From an uncultured Roseivirgaceae bacterium (GTDB taxonomy: Bacteria; Bacteroidota; Bacteroidia; Cytophagales; Cyclobacteriaceae), in NCBI GenBank assembly GCA_964538575.1, contig CAZIGG010000001.1:1074-65073 (forward strand): DNA of 64,000 bases. Direction: 5' to 3'. Both the position numbers and the translations under genes were made by a program. Shown here piece after piece: positions 35,473 through 44,812 of this stretch (positions are counted from its first letter, which is position 1; each line of letters opens with the position of its first letter). The notes beneath the pieces are model-generated. The model saw nothing but the letters and a program-made list of their open reading frames with translations, made no database searches and was not told where the DNA came from.

Positions 35473-37266
35473 ATGGCGAAGCGCTCAGGCGAACCTTTAC
35501 GCAAAGAAGATAAAAGAAAACTCGATAAAGCCGGATTGAAAAAGCTGGCCGGGATTTTCCGGTTTATGCTGCCGTACAAAGGCTTATTTATTCTGGGCTT
35601 TGCAGCCCTGGGACTTTCCACATTCACGATCATGGCATTTCCCAAGCTTGCGGGGGAGCTGGTTGATGTTGCTACCGGCAATTCAAAATATTTCTCCACC
35701 ATCGGCCAGGTTGTTATCACGCTCGTGATCGTTCTGTTCATTCAAAGCATTTTCTCGTTCATTCGCGTTTATACATTTTCAAATGTCAGCGAGCGCGGAA
35801 TGGCCGATGTTCGCAAAGCGGTTTATCAGAAAATTCTATGGCTGCCCATGAGCTTTTTTGATTCAAGAAGAACGGGTGAATTGATGAGCCGGCTTACTTC
35901 TGATGTCGGAACGCTTCAGGATACCTTTAGCTTTACCATGGCTGAATTCTTTCGGCAGATTTTATCCCTAATTTTTGGAACGGTAATTATTTTCTACCTC
36001 ACTCCTTCACTGGCGTTGTTTATGCTGCTTACCTTCCCGGTGATTGTTGTCGCAGCGTTGTTTTTTGGAACCTACATCCGAAAGCTGTCGCGAAAAACGC
36101 AGGACAAGCTTGCCGAAGCAAACGTGATCGTTGAAGAATCCTTTCAATCCGTTTTTGTGGTGAAGGCTTTTACCAACGAACTGTTCCAGATTAATAAATA
36201 TACCAAAGCCTTACAGGAAGTTGTGACGATCGCCATCCGGTCTTCCCTGTACAGAAGTTTGTTTGTATCGTTTGTGATTTTCGTTTTATTTGGCGGTATC
36301 GTAGCCATTGGCTGGCATGGCGCGAATCTCGTTCAGGCAAATGAACTTCAGCCCGGTGAGCTTTTTTCATTTGTATTTTATACGGCCATCATCGGATTTT
36401 CCATTGCCGGCCTGGGCGACATCTACGCACAGTTGCAGCGTGCGATCGGGGCATCAGAACGAGTCCTGGATATTTTAGAAATGGAGGATGAAGCCGAGGC
36501 TGTACAGGATCACCGGCTGCATGTAAGCGGTGAAATTGTTTTTAACAATGTTTCGTTCTCCTATCCTTCCCGTTCCGATTTTCCGGTGCTGAAAGACCTT
36601 GAGTTTAAAATCAAGGCGGGTGAGAAGATTGCCTTGGTTGGCAAAAGCGGTTCCGGTAAGTCAACCATCATTAATCTGATCATGCGTTTTTACCCGGTGT
36701 CAGACGGCCGGGTGATGGTGGACGGAAATGACATTGAATCCTATCACCTTACCGGATATCGCCACAACATTGGTGTTGTTCCGCAGGAAGTGATTTTGTT
36801 TGGCGGGACAATTGAAGAAAACATTGCATACGGGAAACCCGGTGCATCGCCTGAAGAAATCAAAGATGCGGCACGCAAGGCCAATGCATTGGATTTTATT
36901 GAAAGTTTCCCGGAAGGATTTAAAACACTTGTAGGTGAGCGGGGCGTTAAACTCTCAGGCGGGCAGCGCCAGCGTATCGCCATTGCACGCGCCATCCTGA
37001 AAGACCCTGTAATCCTTATCCTGGATGAAGCCACAAGTTCGCTGGATGCACAGTCGGAAGTGCTGGTACAGCAAGCTCTTGAAAAATTAATGGAGGGCCG
37101 GACCACGATTGTTATTGCGCATCGCCTGAGCACGATAAAAAAAGTGGATCGTATTTTTGTGATCAATGACGGCCGTCTTGCAGAAATGGGTTCGCATGCT
37201 GAACTTACACAGGTAAATAACGGTATATACAGTACGCTGCTTAAGCTGCAGCTTCATGAATCATGA
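35473..37266 (+). CDS. ABC exporter, fused permease/ATPase (MsbA/ABCB-like half transporter)
   Basis: 597-aa ORF with six N-terminal TM helices. Walker A GKSGSGKST, signature LSGGQRQR, Walker B ILILDEATS. Confidence 0.9.
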   Translation: MAKRSGEPLRKEDKRKLDKAGLKKLAGIFRFMLPYKGLFILGFAALGLSTFTIMAFPKLAGELVDVATGNSKYFSTIGQVVITLVIVLFIQSIFSFIRVYTFSNVSERGMADVRKAVYQKILWLPMSFFDSRRTGELMSRLTSDVGTLQDTFSFTMAEFFRQILSLIFGTVIIFYLTPSLALFMLLTFPVIVVAALFFGTYIRKLSRKTQDKLAEANVIVEESFQSVFVVKAFTNELFQINKYTKALQEVVTIAIRSSLYRSLFVSFVIFVLFGGIVAIGWHGANLVQANELQPGELFSFVFYTAIIGFSIAGLGDIYAQLQRAIGASERVLDILEMEDEAEAVQDHRLHVSGEIVFNNVSFSYPSRSDFPVLKDLEFKIKAGEKIALVGKSGSGKSTIINLIMRFYPVSDGRVMVDGNDIESYHLTGYRHNIGVVPQEVILFGGTIEENIAYGKPGASPEEIKDAARKANALDFIESFPEGFKTLVGERGVKLSGGQRQRIAIARAILKDPVILILDEATSSLDAQSEVLVQQALEKLMEGRTTIVIAHRLSTIKKVDRIFVINDGRLAEMGSHAELTQVNNGIYSTLLKLQLHES

Positions 37267-37673
37267 ACAGTTCATTCCAGATTCTGAAAGATTTTAAGCT
37301 TCGGTCAACCCCTAGCCGGGCCGCTATTTTACAGGCCTTTTTAACGCACAATTATGCGCTATCACACAATGATGTTGAAAAGGAAGTGCCGGCATCGTTT
37401 GACCGCGTAACCGTTTACCGCACTTTAAAAACCTTTCTTGACAAGGGGCTTATCCATAAAGTGCTGGATGACGCGGGCGGTATGAAATATGCGCTCTGCA
37501 ATGAAGCCTGCAGCACCGCAAATCATCATCACGATCATGTTCATTTTAAATGCACACAATGCGGTCAAACCAACTGCTTACAAGTCGAAATTCCGGGAAT
37601 AAAGCTTCCTAAAGGGTACCAGGCAAGGGAGGTAAATCTGCTCATTCAGGGTGTTTGCGGTAATTGTGAATAA
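37263..37673 (+). CDS. Fur-family metal-responsive transcriptional regulator
   Basis: 136-aa ORF. Winged-helix VTVYRTLKTFLDKGLI, an HHHDH cluster, and paired CTQC and CGNC. Its ATG overlaps the ABC exporter stop (ATGA). Confidence 0.8.
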   Translation: MNSSFQILKDFKLRSTPSRAAILQAFLTHNYALSHNDVEKEVPASFDRVTVYRTLKTFLDKGLIHKVLDDAGGMKYALCNEACSTANHHHDHVHFKCTQCGQTNCLQVEIPGIKLPKGYQAREVNLLIQGVCGNCE

Positions 37674-37752
37674 ATTTTTGCCACTGCGGTTTCCTTTTAC
37701 AGTAATCCCCTATAAATCACGCGTGTAAGTTTTTGAGATTAAATTAAATTAG

Positions 37753-37760
37753 TACTTTTG
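37753..37760 (+). promoter_or_regulatory. -7 box TACTTTTG upstream of terC
   Basis: Exact TAnnTTTG, 74 nt upstream of the putative TTG start. Overlaps an 8-bp stem (TTTTGAAG ... CTTCAAAA). Confidence 0.3.
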
Positions 37761-37834
37761 AAGGCTATAGGCAGCGAAAATCTTCAAAAAACCATTGATT
37801 TGGCTGCTCCCCTAAATGCTGAACTAAGATCCCG

Positions 37835-38863
37835 TTGCTGAGAACATTCGATATACTCCTTATTTCCCTTTTCAGTGGTGATCGGCAAGAGACTATTCTC
37901 TTTGGTGTTTTCCTTGCTATTATTGTTATTTTTCTGGTGGCTGACCTGGGGTTGTTTCATAAGCAAGCTCATAAAATCACAACCAAGTCAGCGCTTTATC
38001 AGTCCATTTTCTGGGTGTCCATCAGCACGCTGTTCGGCTTGCTGATTTACTTTAACGGCCCGTACGTCCACCTGGAAGCGGGCGTTCCCACAAACTTATC
38101 CGGATTGGATGCGGCCGTATTGTACTTTTCAACGTATCTGACCGAATATGCACTCTCCGTTGATAACATTTTCGTTATCCTTCTTATTCTGAAGTACTTT
38201 AAAGTAGATGAAACGTACTATCATAAGATACTATTCTGGGGGATTCTCGGAGCAATCGTTTTCCGTGCAATTTTTATTTTTGTCGGGGCAATTCTGATTC
38301 ATAAGTTCCACTGGATTCTTTACATCTTTGGTGTATTCCTGATTTACTCCGGTATCCGGATTTACTTCGGAGATGGTGATGAAAAGATCGAGCCGGAAAA
38401 AAATCCAATCCTGAAAATCTGCCGCAAGTATCTGCCTATTTCCGCAACGGACAGGGGGGGTCAGTTCTTTTTCAAAGAAAATGGCAAGTTGTTCTTTACT
38501 CCGCTGTTTCTGGTCATCATTCTTATCGAAACAACTGATTTGATTTTTGCGGTTGATTCCATTCCGGCTGCTTTCGCCATTACGCAAAACGAATTCCTGA
38601 TTTATACGTCCAATATTTTTGCCGTAATGGGGTTACGCGCCATGTTCTTCCTGCTGGCGGGCATCATTGATAAATTTTATTTGCTGCAAAAAGGACTTTC
38701 CATTATCCTCTTCTTCATTGGTGCAAAAATGCTGCTGGAGATCTTCCACATTGAATTGAATGTATTCCTGTCCTTCACAGTAATCATCGCAACACTTACC
38801 CTATCAATCATATTCTCCGTTCTTATTCCGCGTAAGGAAAAGGCAGAAGCAGAAGAGAAGTAA
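37835..38863 (+). CDS. TerC-family integral membrane protein
   Basis: 342-aa ORF. TEYALSVDNIFV and DLIFAVDSIPA are the paired TerC signature motifs. The start codon (TTG) is uncertain. Confidence 0.85.
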   Translation: MLRTFDILLISLFSGDRQETILFGVFLAIIVIFLVADLGLFHKQAHKITTKSALYQSIFWVSISTLFGLLIYFNGPYVHLEAGVPTNLSGLDAAVLYFSTYLTEYALSVDNIFVILLILKYFKVDETYYHKILFWGILGAIVFRAIFIFVGAILIHKFHWILYIFGVFLIYSGIRIYFGDGDEKIEPEKNPILKICRKYLPISATDRGGQFFFKENGKLFFTPLFLVIILIETTDLIFAVDSIPAAFAITQNEFLIYTSNIFAVMGLRAMFFLLAGIIDKFYLLQKGLSIILFFIGAKMLLEIFHIELNVFLSFTVIIATLTLSIIFSVLIPRKEKAEAEEK

Positions 38864-38867
38864 ATTC

Positions 38868-40127
38868 TTAAAGTTCTTCTGTAAACAGATTCTTAGGGAG
38901 AATCTTCATCAGTATCGGCAAGGTTAAAAATCGCTGCGGCAGCGAAATAATTACAAAGGTCGGAATTGTCTTAAGCATTAAAATCAGCGCGTGGCGCATT
39001 CGCTCGCTTTCTTCCGGTGTAAGTTCTTCCATACGTGCCTTTTTTAGCAGCGTTCGTACATCTTCGCTGTCCTGAATTTCTTTTAACAACCTGCTTTTGT
39101 TCTTCTCTGCAATTTTTGAAATCCGGCTGATGAAATGCTCGCTTACGCGCTGATAGTCTTGCTTATCCTGCAGGTAATCTAATTGCTCCCAATGCTCCAG
39201 TACAAATCCTTCGATGGCAATCAGGCTGTTATCCAGGTCATCTTCTGAAAAGCCCAAATACTCACAAAACTGTTTCATGAACTCATGTTCCGCTTGTTCA
39301 ACTTTCTTATCAGCCCAGGTGGTCAGGATGGCAATTTCGAGAAAGAACTTTTTAAGTATCCACGAATTCTCTGACGGAAGGTTGATTGACTCTATTTCTA
39401 TACCCTTATCGAAAATAGCCATTGCTTCCTTGCGCTTCTCTGCGCTCATATCGGTGCTTTGAATAAAATATTCCAGCAGCCTGCGTTCTTCAGGATCAAC
39501 AAAGTTATCTGAATGCGCGGCCGCAGCAATAACTTTTACAATGGAAAACCGGAGCTCTTCGCGCTCGTAGCGAAAGAAGTCTGCGACAATCTTATCCGCA
39601 TTGGTGTGAATCCATTGACCGAAAATAAACACATCCAGAAACAACAGGCTGTTGTGAAAAAAGTACGTCCAGAAGTTGCCCTGGAAATTGGTTGTCCGGT
39701 CAATCCTTTTATCCAGTATTTTTTCAGCCAGTTCAAGGGCTGAACGTTTTTTGCCAAACAGGCTTTTGCCGGGCGTTGCCAGTTCAGGGAAAATATTGTT
39801 ATAAAAATTACCAATGTTTTCGATGGTTTTCAGAAACACCTGTGAGAGCTCTTCCGGAGTTTTAACGGGCTTATCATAAAACAAAAGCGAGCTGCTGATC
39901 AGGCTTTCCGCGAGCAAAATTTTCATTTTATCTTTTTCGCTCCAACTTTCTGTATGAAGGTGATCGAGGTGGCCGACATTCTGTCCATACATCAGGCCTG
40001 TGGGTTGAATGATGCTGTATAACGAATGTTCCGGATGGGAACCGCGCTTCTTTAGCATAAGGTCTTTGAGAAGATCTTTCCTTAACTCGAGGTATTCTTT
40101 TAGCCAACCTTTTTCGTCTGGCTTCAT
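38868..40127 (-). CDS. protein with TerB-like repeats and a LETM1-like C-terminal membrane segment
   Basis: 419-aa ORF. TerB-like helices IAAAAHSDNFVDPEERRLLEYFI and ILTTWADKKVEQAEHEFMKQF. The C-terminal LTPEESERMRHALILMLKTIPTFVIISLPQRFLTLPILMKILPKNL resembles the LETM1 conserved P-x8-P-x6-P..K..P.N.L pattern as I recall it. Confidence 0.45.
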   Translation of the reverse strand: MKPDEKGWLKEYLELRKDLLKDLMLKKRGSHPEHSLYSIIQPTGLMYGQNVGHLDHLHTESWSEKDKMKILLAESLISSSLLFYDKPVKTPEELSQVFLKTIENIGNFYNNIFPELATPGKSLFGKKRSALELAEKILDKRIDRTTNFQGNFWTYFFHNSLLFLDVFIFGQWIHTNADKIVADFFRYEREELRFSIVKVIAAAAHSDNFVDPEERRLLEYFIQSTDMSAEKRKEAMAIFDKGIEIESINLPSENSWILKKFFLEIAILTTWADKKVEQAEHEFMKQFCEYLGFSEDDLDNSLIAIEGFVLEHWEQLDYLQDKQDYQRVSEHFISRISKIAEKNKSRLLKEIQDSEDVRTLLKKARMEELTPEESERMRHALILMLKTIPTFVIISLPQRFLTLPILMKILPKNLFTEEL

Positions 40128-40181
40128 AAAGTTAGAACGGGTAAGCGGTCAAATTAGCCATTTTTAAACAATCCGAAAATT

Positions 40182-40697
40182 TTACTTCAGCGCTTCACGC
40201 CAGCCCTTCTTCTCCAGCGATTTAGCGGAGGTTTCAACGTTAATCTTTAAATCCTTTTTAAACTGATCCAGCTTTTTAGCAATGCTCTTATCGGTTGTCC
40301 CGATGATTTGAGCCGCTAAAATTCCAGCATTGCGCGCGCCATTAAGGGCAACGGTTGCGACCGGAACACCGGAAGGCATCTGCAAGATCGAAAGCACGGA
40401 ATCCCAGCCATCAATCGAGTTCGATGATTTAACAGGCACGCCAATAACCGGTAACGAGGTTATGGAGGCTACCATGCCCGGAAGGTGCGCTGCGCCTCCG
40501 GCTCCGGCCACGATCACTTTAATTCCTTTTGCGCGGGCAGCGGTTGCATACTCCACCATGCGAAGGGGCGTACGGTGTGCGGATACAACCGTTATTTCAA
40601 ACGGAACATTTAGTTCTTCAAGCACTTCGGCTGCTTCTTTCATGATCTTCAGATCCGATTGACTGCCCATGATAATTCCTACTACTGATTTTCTCAT
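40182..40697 (-). CDS. purE: 5-(carboxyamino)imidazole ribonucleotide mutase
   Basis: 171-aa [18 protein letters not shown] and [11 protein letters not shown] motifs. Confidence 0.95.
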   Translation of the reverse strand: MRKSVVGIIMGSQSDLKIMKEAAEVLEELNVPFEITVVSAHRTPLRMVEYATAARAKGIKVIVAGAGGAAHLPGMVASITSLPVIGVPVKSSNSIDGWDSVLSILQMPSGVPVATVALNGARNAGILAAQIIGTTDKSIAKKLDQFKKDLKINVETSAKSLEKKGWREALK

Positions 40698-41830
40698 GCG
40701 ATTACTTTAAGCGTATGTTTTACAAAATTGGCTTTCTGTTTCAGGCTTTCGATATCCGGATCAACAATTGTTACATGACCCATTTTACGGAAAGGTTTTG
40801 TTTGTGCTTTGCCGTATAGGTGTACATGAACTCCCTTTACATTCATTACTTCTTCAAACCCCTCATACCGGGCAGGCCCTGAAAACCCCGGTTCGCCAAG
40901 CAAATTTACCATAGCGCTGGGCACCAGAAGATCTGTTTTCCCTAACGGCAATCCTGTAATGGCGCGCAAGTGTTGTTCATATTGCGATGTTACGTTTGCC
41001 TCAATTGTCTGATGGCCGCTGTTATGCGGACGCGGTGCGATTTCATTTACCAGCACCTCACCTGTTTTTGTCACAAACATTTCAACGGCCAGCAAGCCCA
41101 CCATTTCCAACTTTTCAATCACTGATTTCGCGATTACATCCGCTTGTTGAGAAATGGCTTTTGATACTTGTGCCGGAGCAAATAAATATTCAACCAGGTT
41201 ATGTTCTGGATGAAAAACCATTTCTACAGCAGGAAAAGTTTCAATTTCGCCCTTCTCACTCCTGGCTGCGATAACTGAAATTTCCTTTTCAAAATCGATA
41301 AGGTCTTCCAGTAAGCCGGGCTTATCAAAAGCTTTTTGCAAATCTTCTTTTACGCGGAGCACCTGAACCCCTCTGCCGTCATATCCCTCCTTGCCAAGCT
41401 TATTCACCACCGGGAATTTCGCCAATCGCACAACATCTTCCTTGTTTTCGGTGAGCACAAAATTTGCGGTTGGAATATTGTTGTTTTTATAAAAAGACTT
41501 TTGCACACGCTTATCCTGAATCATCTCAATAATTTCAGGTTGTGGAAAAACTTTTTTGCCCTTTTTTACAAGCTCTTTTAAGGCCTGCGTGTTTACGTTC
41601 TCTATTTCGATGGTGATGATGTCACATCGCTCACCAAATTTCATTACCGTATCAAAGTCGGTGAGTTTACCGTGATAAAATTCGGCCAGGCTCCTGCAGG
41701 GAGCGTGTTCATCGGGGTCAAGAATTGCAAAATTAAAGTTGAAGTCGATCCCGCTTTGAATGAGCATGCGCCCGAGCTGGCCTCCGCCCAAAATTCCGAG
41801 TTTAAAATCCTGGTTAAATGTTTTTGCCAC
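40694..41830 (-). CDS. purK: 5-(carboxyamino)imidazole ribonucleotide synthase
   Basis: 378-aa ORF with GTG start. [15 protein letters not shown]-grasp core, APRPHNSGH. Overlaps purE by 4 nt. Confidence 0.92.
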   Translation of the reverse strand: MAKTFNQDFKLGILGGGQLGRMLIQSGIDFNFNFAILDPDEHAPCRSLAEFYHGKLTDFDTVMKFGERCDIITIEIENVNTQALKELVKKGKKVFPQPEIIEMIQDKRVQKSFYKNNNIPTANFVLTENKEDVVRLAKFPVVNKLGKEGYDGRGVQVLRVKEDLQKAFDKPGLLEDLIDFEKEISVIAARSEKGEIETFPAVEMVFHPEHNLVEYLFAPAQVSKAISQQADVIAKSVIEKLEMVGLLAVEMFVTKTGEVLVNEIAPRPHNSGHQTIEANVTSQYEQHLRAITGLPLGKTDLLVPSAMVNLLGEPGFSGPARYEGFEEVMNVKGVHVHLYGKAQTKPFRKMGHVTIVDPDIESLKQKANFVKHTLKVIA

Positions 41831-41850
41831 GCTGCAAGTTAATGGTTTGG

Positions 41851-41858
41851 CAAAGATA
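41851..41858 (-). promoter_or_regulatory. -7 box TATCTTTG for purKE
   Basis: Exact TAnnTTTG on the minus strand, 20 nt upstream of the purK start. Confidence 0.5.
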
Positions 41859-41898
41859 TTTTGCTGGTAATGTCCGGCTAACCAATCTTCATCTTTTT

Positions 41899-42447
41899 TT
41901 AAAAACTAAAACCGCGACACTTTGACGCGTGGCATATCAGAATGTCTCCGTGACCCACATAAAAATTTTTATCTCCCTCCCTTGAAAAGCTGTAATACAT
42001 TCTCAGCACCGTGTTGTTTGGAAATTTTGAATCATTGGAAACATCGAACGAATAGGCCTGATCATTTCCTACCTGACTGCCGGAGAAAAGCACTTTCATT
42101 TTCTCGTTTACAATAACGTACTCAAAAAGGCAGGGGCCACCAATAACCTGTGCCTGGAAGTGTAACACGTTCTTAACGGGGTTGGGATATGCCCCATAAA
42201 TGTAAATATCTGCATCCGCTGTTCCGGTTAGGTCATGATCGGGTGTAGTTGCCAAAAGGTCCAGTACACGTTTACTCAATTCTCCGTCATTTTGCCAATC
42301 GTTGAGGTCCCGTTTACCAATTACTCCCACATCCTGATTGCTTAAATCTCTTAGCAGTATACCTTCAAACCTGGTTCCTTCCTCATCCGAACACCCAAGT
42401 GTAAGCGAGAAAATAATCAGAATTGCTTTTATTGAAATTTTATTCAT
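41899..42447 (-). CDS. lipoprotein, function unknown (possible T9SS-type C-terminal domain)
   Basis: 182-aa ORF with lipobox LTLGC. The internal YPNPVKNVLHF resembles the start of a Por secretion tail. This resemblance is weak. Confidence 0.4.
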   Translation of the reverse strand: MNKISIKAILIIFSLTLGCSDEEGTRFEGILLRDLSNQDVGVIGKRDLNDWQNDGELSKRVLDLLATTPDHDLTGTADADIYIYGAYPNPVKNVLHFQAQVIGGPCLFEYVIVNEKMKVLFSGSQVGNDQAYSFDVSNDSKFPNNTVLRMYYSFSREGDKNFYVGHGDILICHASKCRGFSF

Positions 42448-42479
42448 GGTTGAATTCTTTCGTAAAGGAGAAAGGATAA

Positions 42480-44384
42480 CTATTTGACCAGCGTAACGCT
42501 CTGTATTTTATCGCCAACTTCAATCTGATGTACAACATCCATTCCTGATTCCGTAACGGCAAAAATACTATACCGGCCGTCCAGATGGGGCGTAGGCGAG
42601 TGGGTAATAAACCATTGCGTGCCTTCCGTATCCTTTCCGGCTGAAGCCATTCCTACCGAGCCTTCGGTATACTGACGGTCCGTAAATTCAGACCGGATTG
42701 AATAATCTTCGCTGCCCCAGCCATCACCCCGGTTACAACCTCCCTGGATAACAAAGTTGGGTACCACGCGATGAAAGTTTTTTGCATCAAAGTATTTGCT
42801 GTTAACAAGCTGTACAAAGTTTGCAACAGAGCCGGGCGCCTCTTCAACCAGAAGCCTTAGTACAATATCCCCTTTACCTGTTTTAATGAGAACCTTCTGA
42901 TTTTTCGGGATTGTTTTAACCAGCTCCCAGTCAATCGGGTGGTTGAATTCGTTCTTTACAGGATCAGCTTCTTTCTTCCCTTCAAAATAGGCGATGGCTG
43001 CTTCCAGGGGTTGCAGTGCTTCGTTGTCTTTTGGTAACGAGAGTTTTTTCTTAGCCTCGTATAAAAAGGTATAATCGGTGATCACCTCTTTATATCCCAG
43101 CCTGGGGTCTCGTAATGCATCTGTAACGGTTCCGATGACTGCTGCATCGCCTGTCTGAATTGCGCGGATGTACACTTCTGCATATTGTTTTTTAATTGAC
43201 ACATCAAACGATGGGTTTCTGTTTATTGCCACCAATGCTGCTGCTGCTGAAGATTTAATTACCGGTATGGCTGACTGCTGCAACTCCTCTTCTATAAACT
43301 TCCACGCTTCTTTCGATTCGCCCAGTGCCGCAAGGAGGGCAGCTCTGCCGTAAGGATCACGCTCTGACTTATAAAGTTCTATAATATATGAAACAAGTTC
43401 AGCGCTGTCGGTACCGGCCAAAGATGCCTGATACAAATTGCCGCGTACCCTGATTTTAGTTGTAGCCTTCGCAAGGGATGCGATCTCACTGGCTTCTGCC
43501 TCTGTTGCAATCGCAAGAATTACTTCAGAAGCTGCTATGGCTACATTTATGTTTGAATCATTTAAAGCCTCGTATAAATCCGGTTTTACATCCGCAACTG
43601 GGAAAGCTTGTAAAGATCTTGCCGCACTAATTCTAACCCGATAGTCACCATCTGTTTTCAGAATTTTCTTAAGCGCCTCTATCGATGCGGGTGATTTTAC
43701 TTTCCGCAACGCACTCGTTACAGATGCACGAACCCAGGGCGATTGGTCATGCTGCGCGGATTCGATTAGTTGGGTCTCAGCCAGAGGGGCTTGCCGTGCG
43801 CCCCGCATAAAGAAATTTGCGGCCGCAAGTCGCGTTTGAAGGCCATAGGCAGGCTTTAAAAATTCAATCGACTTAATCGTAATTGCTGAGTCCGTTTTAT
43901 TGCCCAATCGGTAATAAGCCCAGGCCAGGCCTTCCTGCACGAGCGAATCTGTTGAAGCAATAACAAGCTGATCGATATCACCGCCATTAAAAGTCTTTCC
44001 GCACGATTCCAAAATTTCTCTCAGCACGACAGGATTTCTTTCCTCCTGAAGCGCTCTCCATAAAATTGCGGCTGAAAGCTTTACTTGTATCTGGCCTAAG
44101 GCAATTGCTGCATTTTTTCTTACTCCCGGGTCAGCATCAAACCGTAACAGGTCACGGAGCTTTTCAATCGCAAACGTATCCTGAATGGAGGCAAATGCCA
44201 GGGCCGCTTCTTTTCGGTATGCAGGATTTTTATGCTTAAAATAAGTATATAGGCTGTCAGACAACCTGCGGTCTTGAAAGTCGGCAATCTTTACAAGTTC
44301 CTGGTCAGCAAATTTATTTACACCGTTGGTGGTGCATGCGGAGAGCGTGCAAACAATGATCAGTAATCCAATACTGTTTTTCAT
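42480..44384 (-). CDS. HEAT-repeat protein fused to a cyclophilin-type peptidyl-prolyl isomerase
   Basis: 634-aa ORF with lipobox LSAC and N-terminal HEAT/PBS-lyase-like repeats (D..VR..AA.ALG). C-terminal cyclophilin motifs FHRVVPNFVIQGG, GSVGMASAGKDTEGTQWFIT. Confidence 0.8.
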   Translation of the reverse strand: MKNSIGLLIIVCTLSACTTNGVNKFADQELVKIADFQDRRLSDSLYTYFKHKNPAYRKEAALAFASIQDTFAIEKLRDLLRFDADPGVRKNAAIALGQIQVKLSAAILWRALQEERNPVVLREILESCGKTFNGGDIDQLVIASTDSLVQEGLAWAYYRLGNKTDSAITIKSIEFLKPAYGLQTRLAAANFFMRGARQAPLAETQLIESAQHDQSPWVRASVTSALRKVKSPASIEALKKILKTDGDYRVRISAARSLQAFPVADVKPDLYEALNDSNINVAIAASEVILAIATEAEASEIASLAKATTKIRVRGNLYQASLAGTDSAELVSYIIELYKSERDPYGRAALLAALGESKEAWKFIEEELQQSAIPVIKSSAAAALVAINRNPSFDVSIKKQYAEVYIRAIQTGDAAVIGTVTDALRDPRLGYKEVITDYTFLYEAKKKLSLPKDNEALQPLEAAIAYFEGKKEADPVKNEFNHPIDWELVKTIPKNQKVLIKTGKGDIVLRLLVEEAPGSVANFVQLVNSKYFDAKNFHRVVPNFVIQGGCNRGDGWGSEDYSIRSEFTDRQYTEGSVGMASAGKDTEGTQWFITHSPTPHLDGRYSIFAVTESGMDVVHQIEVGDKIQSVTLVK

Positions 44385-44389
44385 GCTGC

Positions 44390-44764
44390 TTAAACTGATG
44401 AGCCCGTGGCTTTAGCGACTACGTCATCAAACTCGATACCCGTAACTTTAATGCAATACAGCAGGAGACGAACTTCTTTAACATGAACCCTTCCGTCCAC
44501 TTCGGACATCTTGTAAAGGATTACAAAGGCTCTCAATTTTTCTTCATCCGTACACAAATTTATGTATTCAATGCCCGTCTGGTAAATATCACGGCCTTTC
44601 ATATCCGAAATAGCTTTTTTAAATTCATCAAACGTGCTGTCGGCAATCCCTTCTTTAGTTTTTAAAGCGATCAGGGCACGGGTTTCATTTTCATCAATCA
44701 CACCATCCGCACTCATCAGCAAATGAACCAGGTACAGTAAGCCTAACTGGTAGTTTTTGTTCAT
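44390..44764 (-). CDS. TerB-family small protein
   Basis: 124-aa ORF with two repeats of the TerB-like pattern (LLMSADGVIDENETRAL and LYKMSEVDGRVHVKEVRLL). Lies 5 nt upstream of the HEAT-cyclophilin gene. Confidence 0.55.
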   Translation of the reverse strand: MNKNYQLGLLYLVHLLMSADGVIDENETRALIALKTKEGIADSTFDEFKKAISDMKGRDIYQTGIEYINLCTDEEKLRAFVILYKMSEVDGRVHVKEVRLLLYCIKVTGIEFDDVVAKATGSSV

Positions 44765-44812
44765 CGGAAAAATTTAAGTCCCTTAAATATAAAGAAAGGT
44801 TCGGACGATGTG

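Noticed and set aside
37784-37834. GGGGAGCAGCC (reverse complement of 37802-37812) resembles the conserved GGGGAGUAG of the yybP-ykoY Mn2+ riboswitch, which commonly precedes TerC-family genes.
   Set aside because: The motif lies on the minus strand, opposite to terC. The plus strand has no GGGGAG element and no convincing partner motif (UUGACAUA-like), and nothing lies downstream on the minus strand. An Rfam scan could still be run for completeness.
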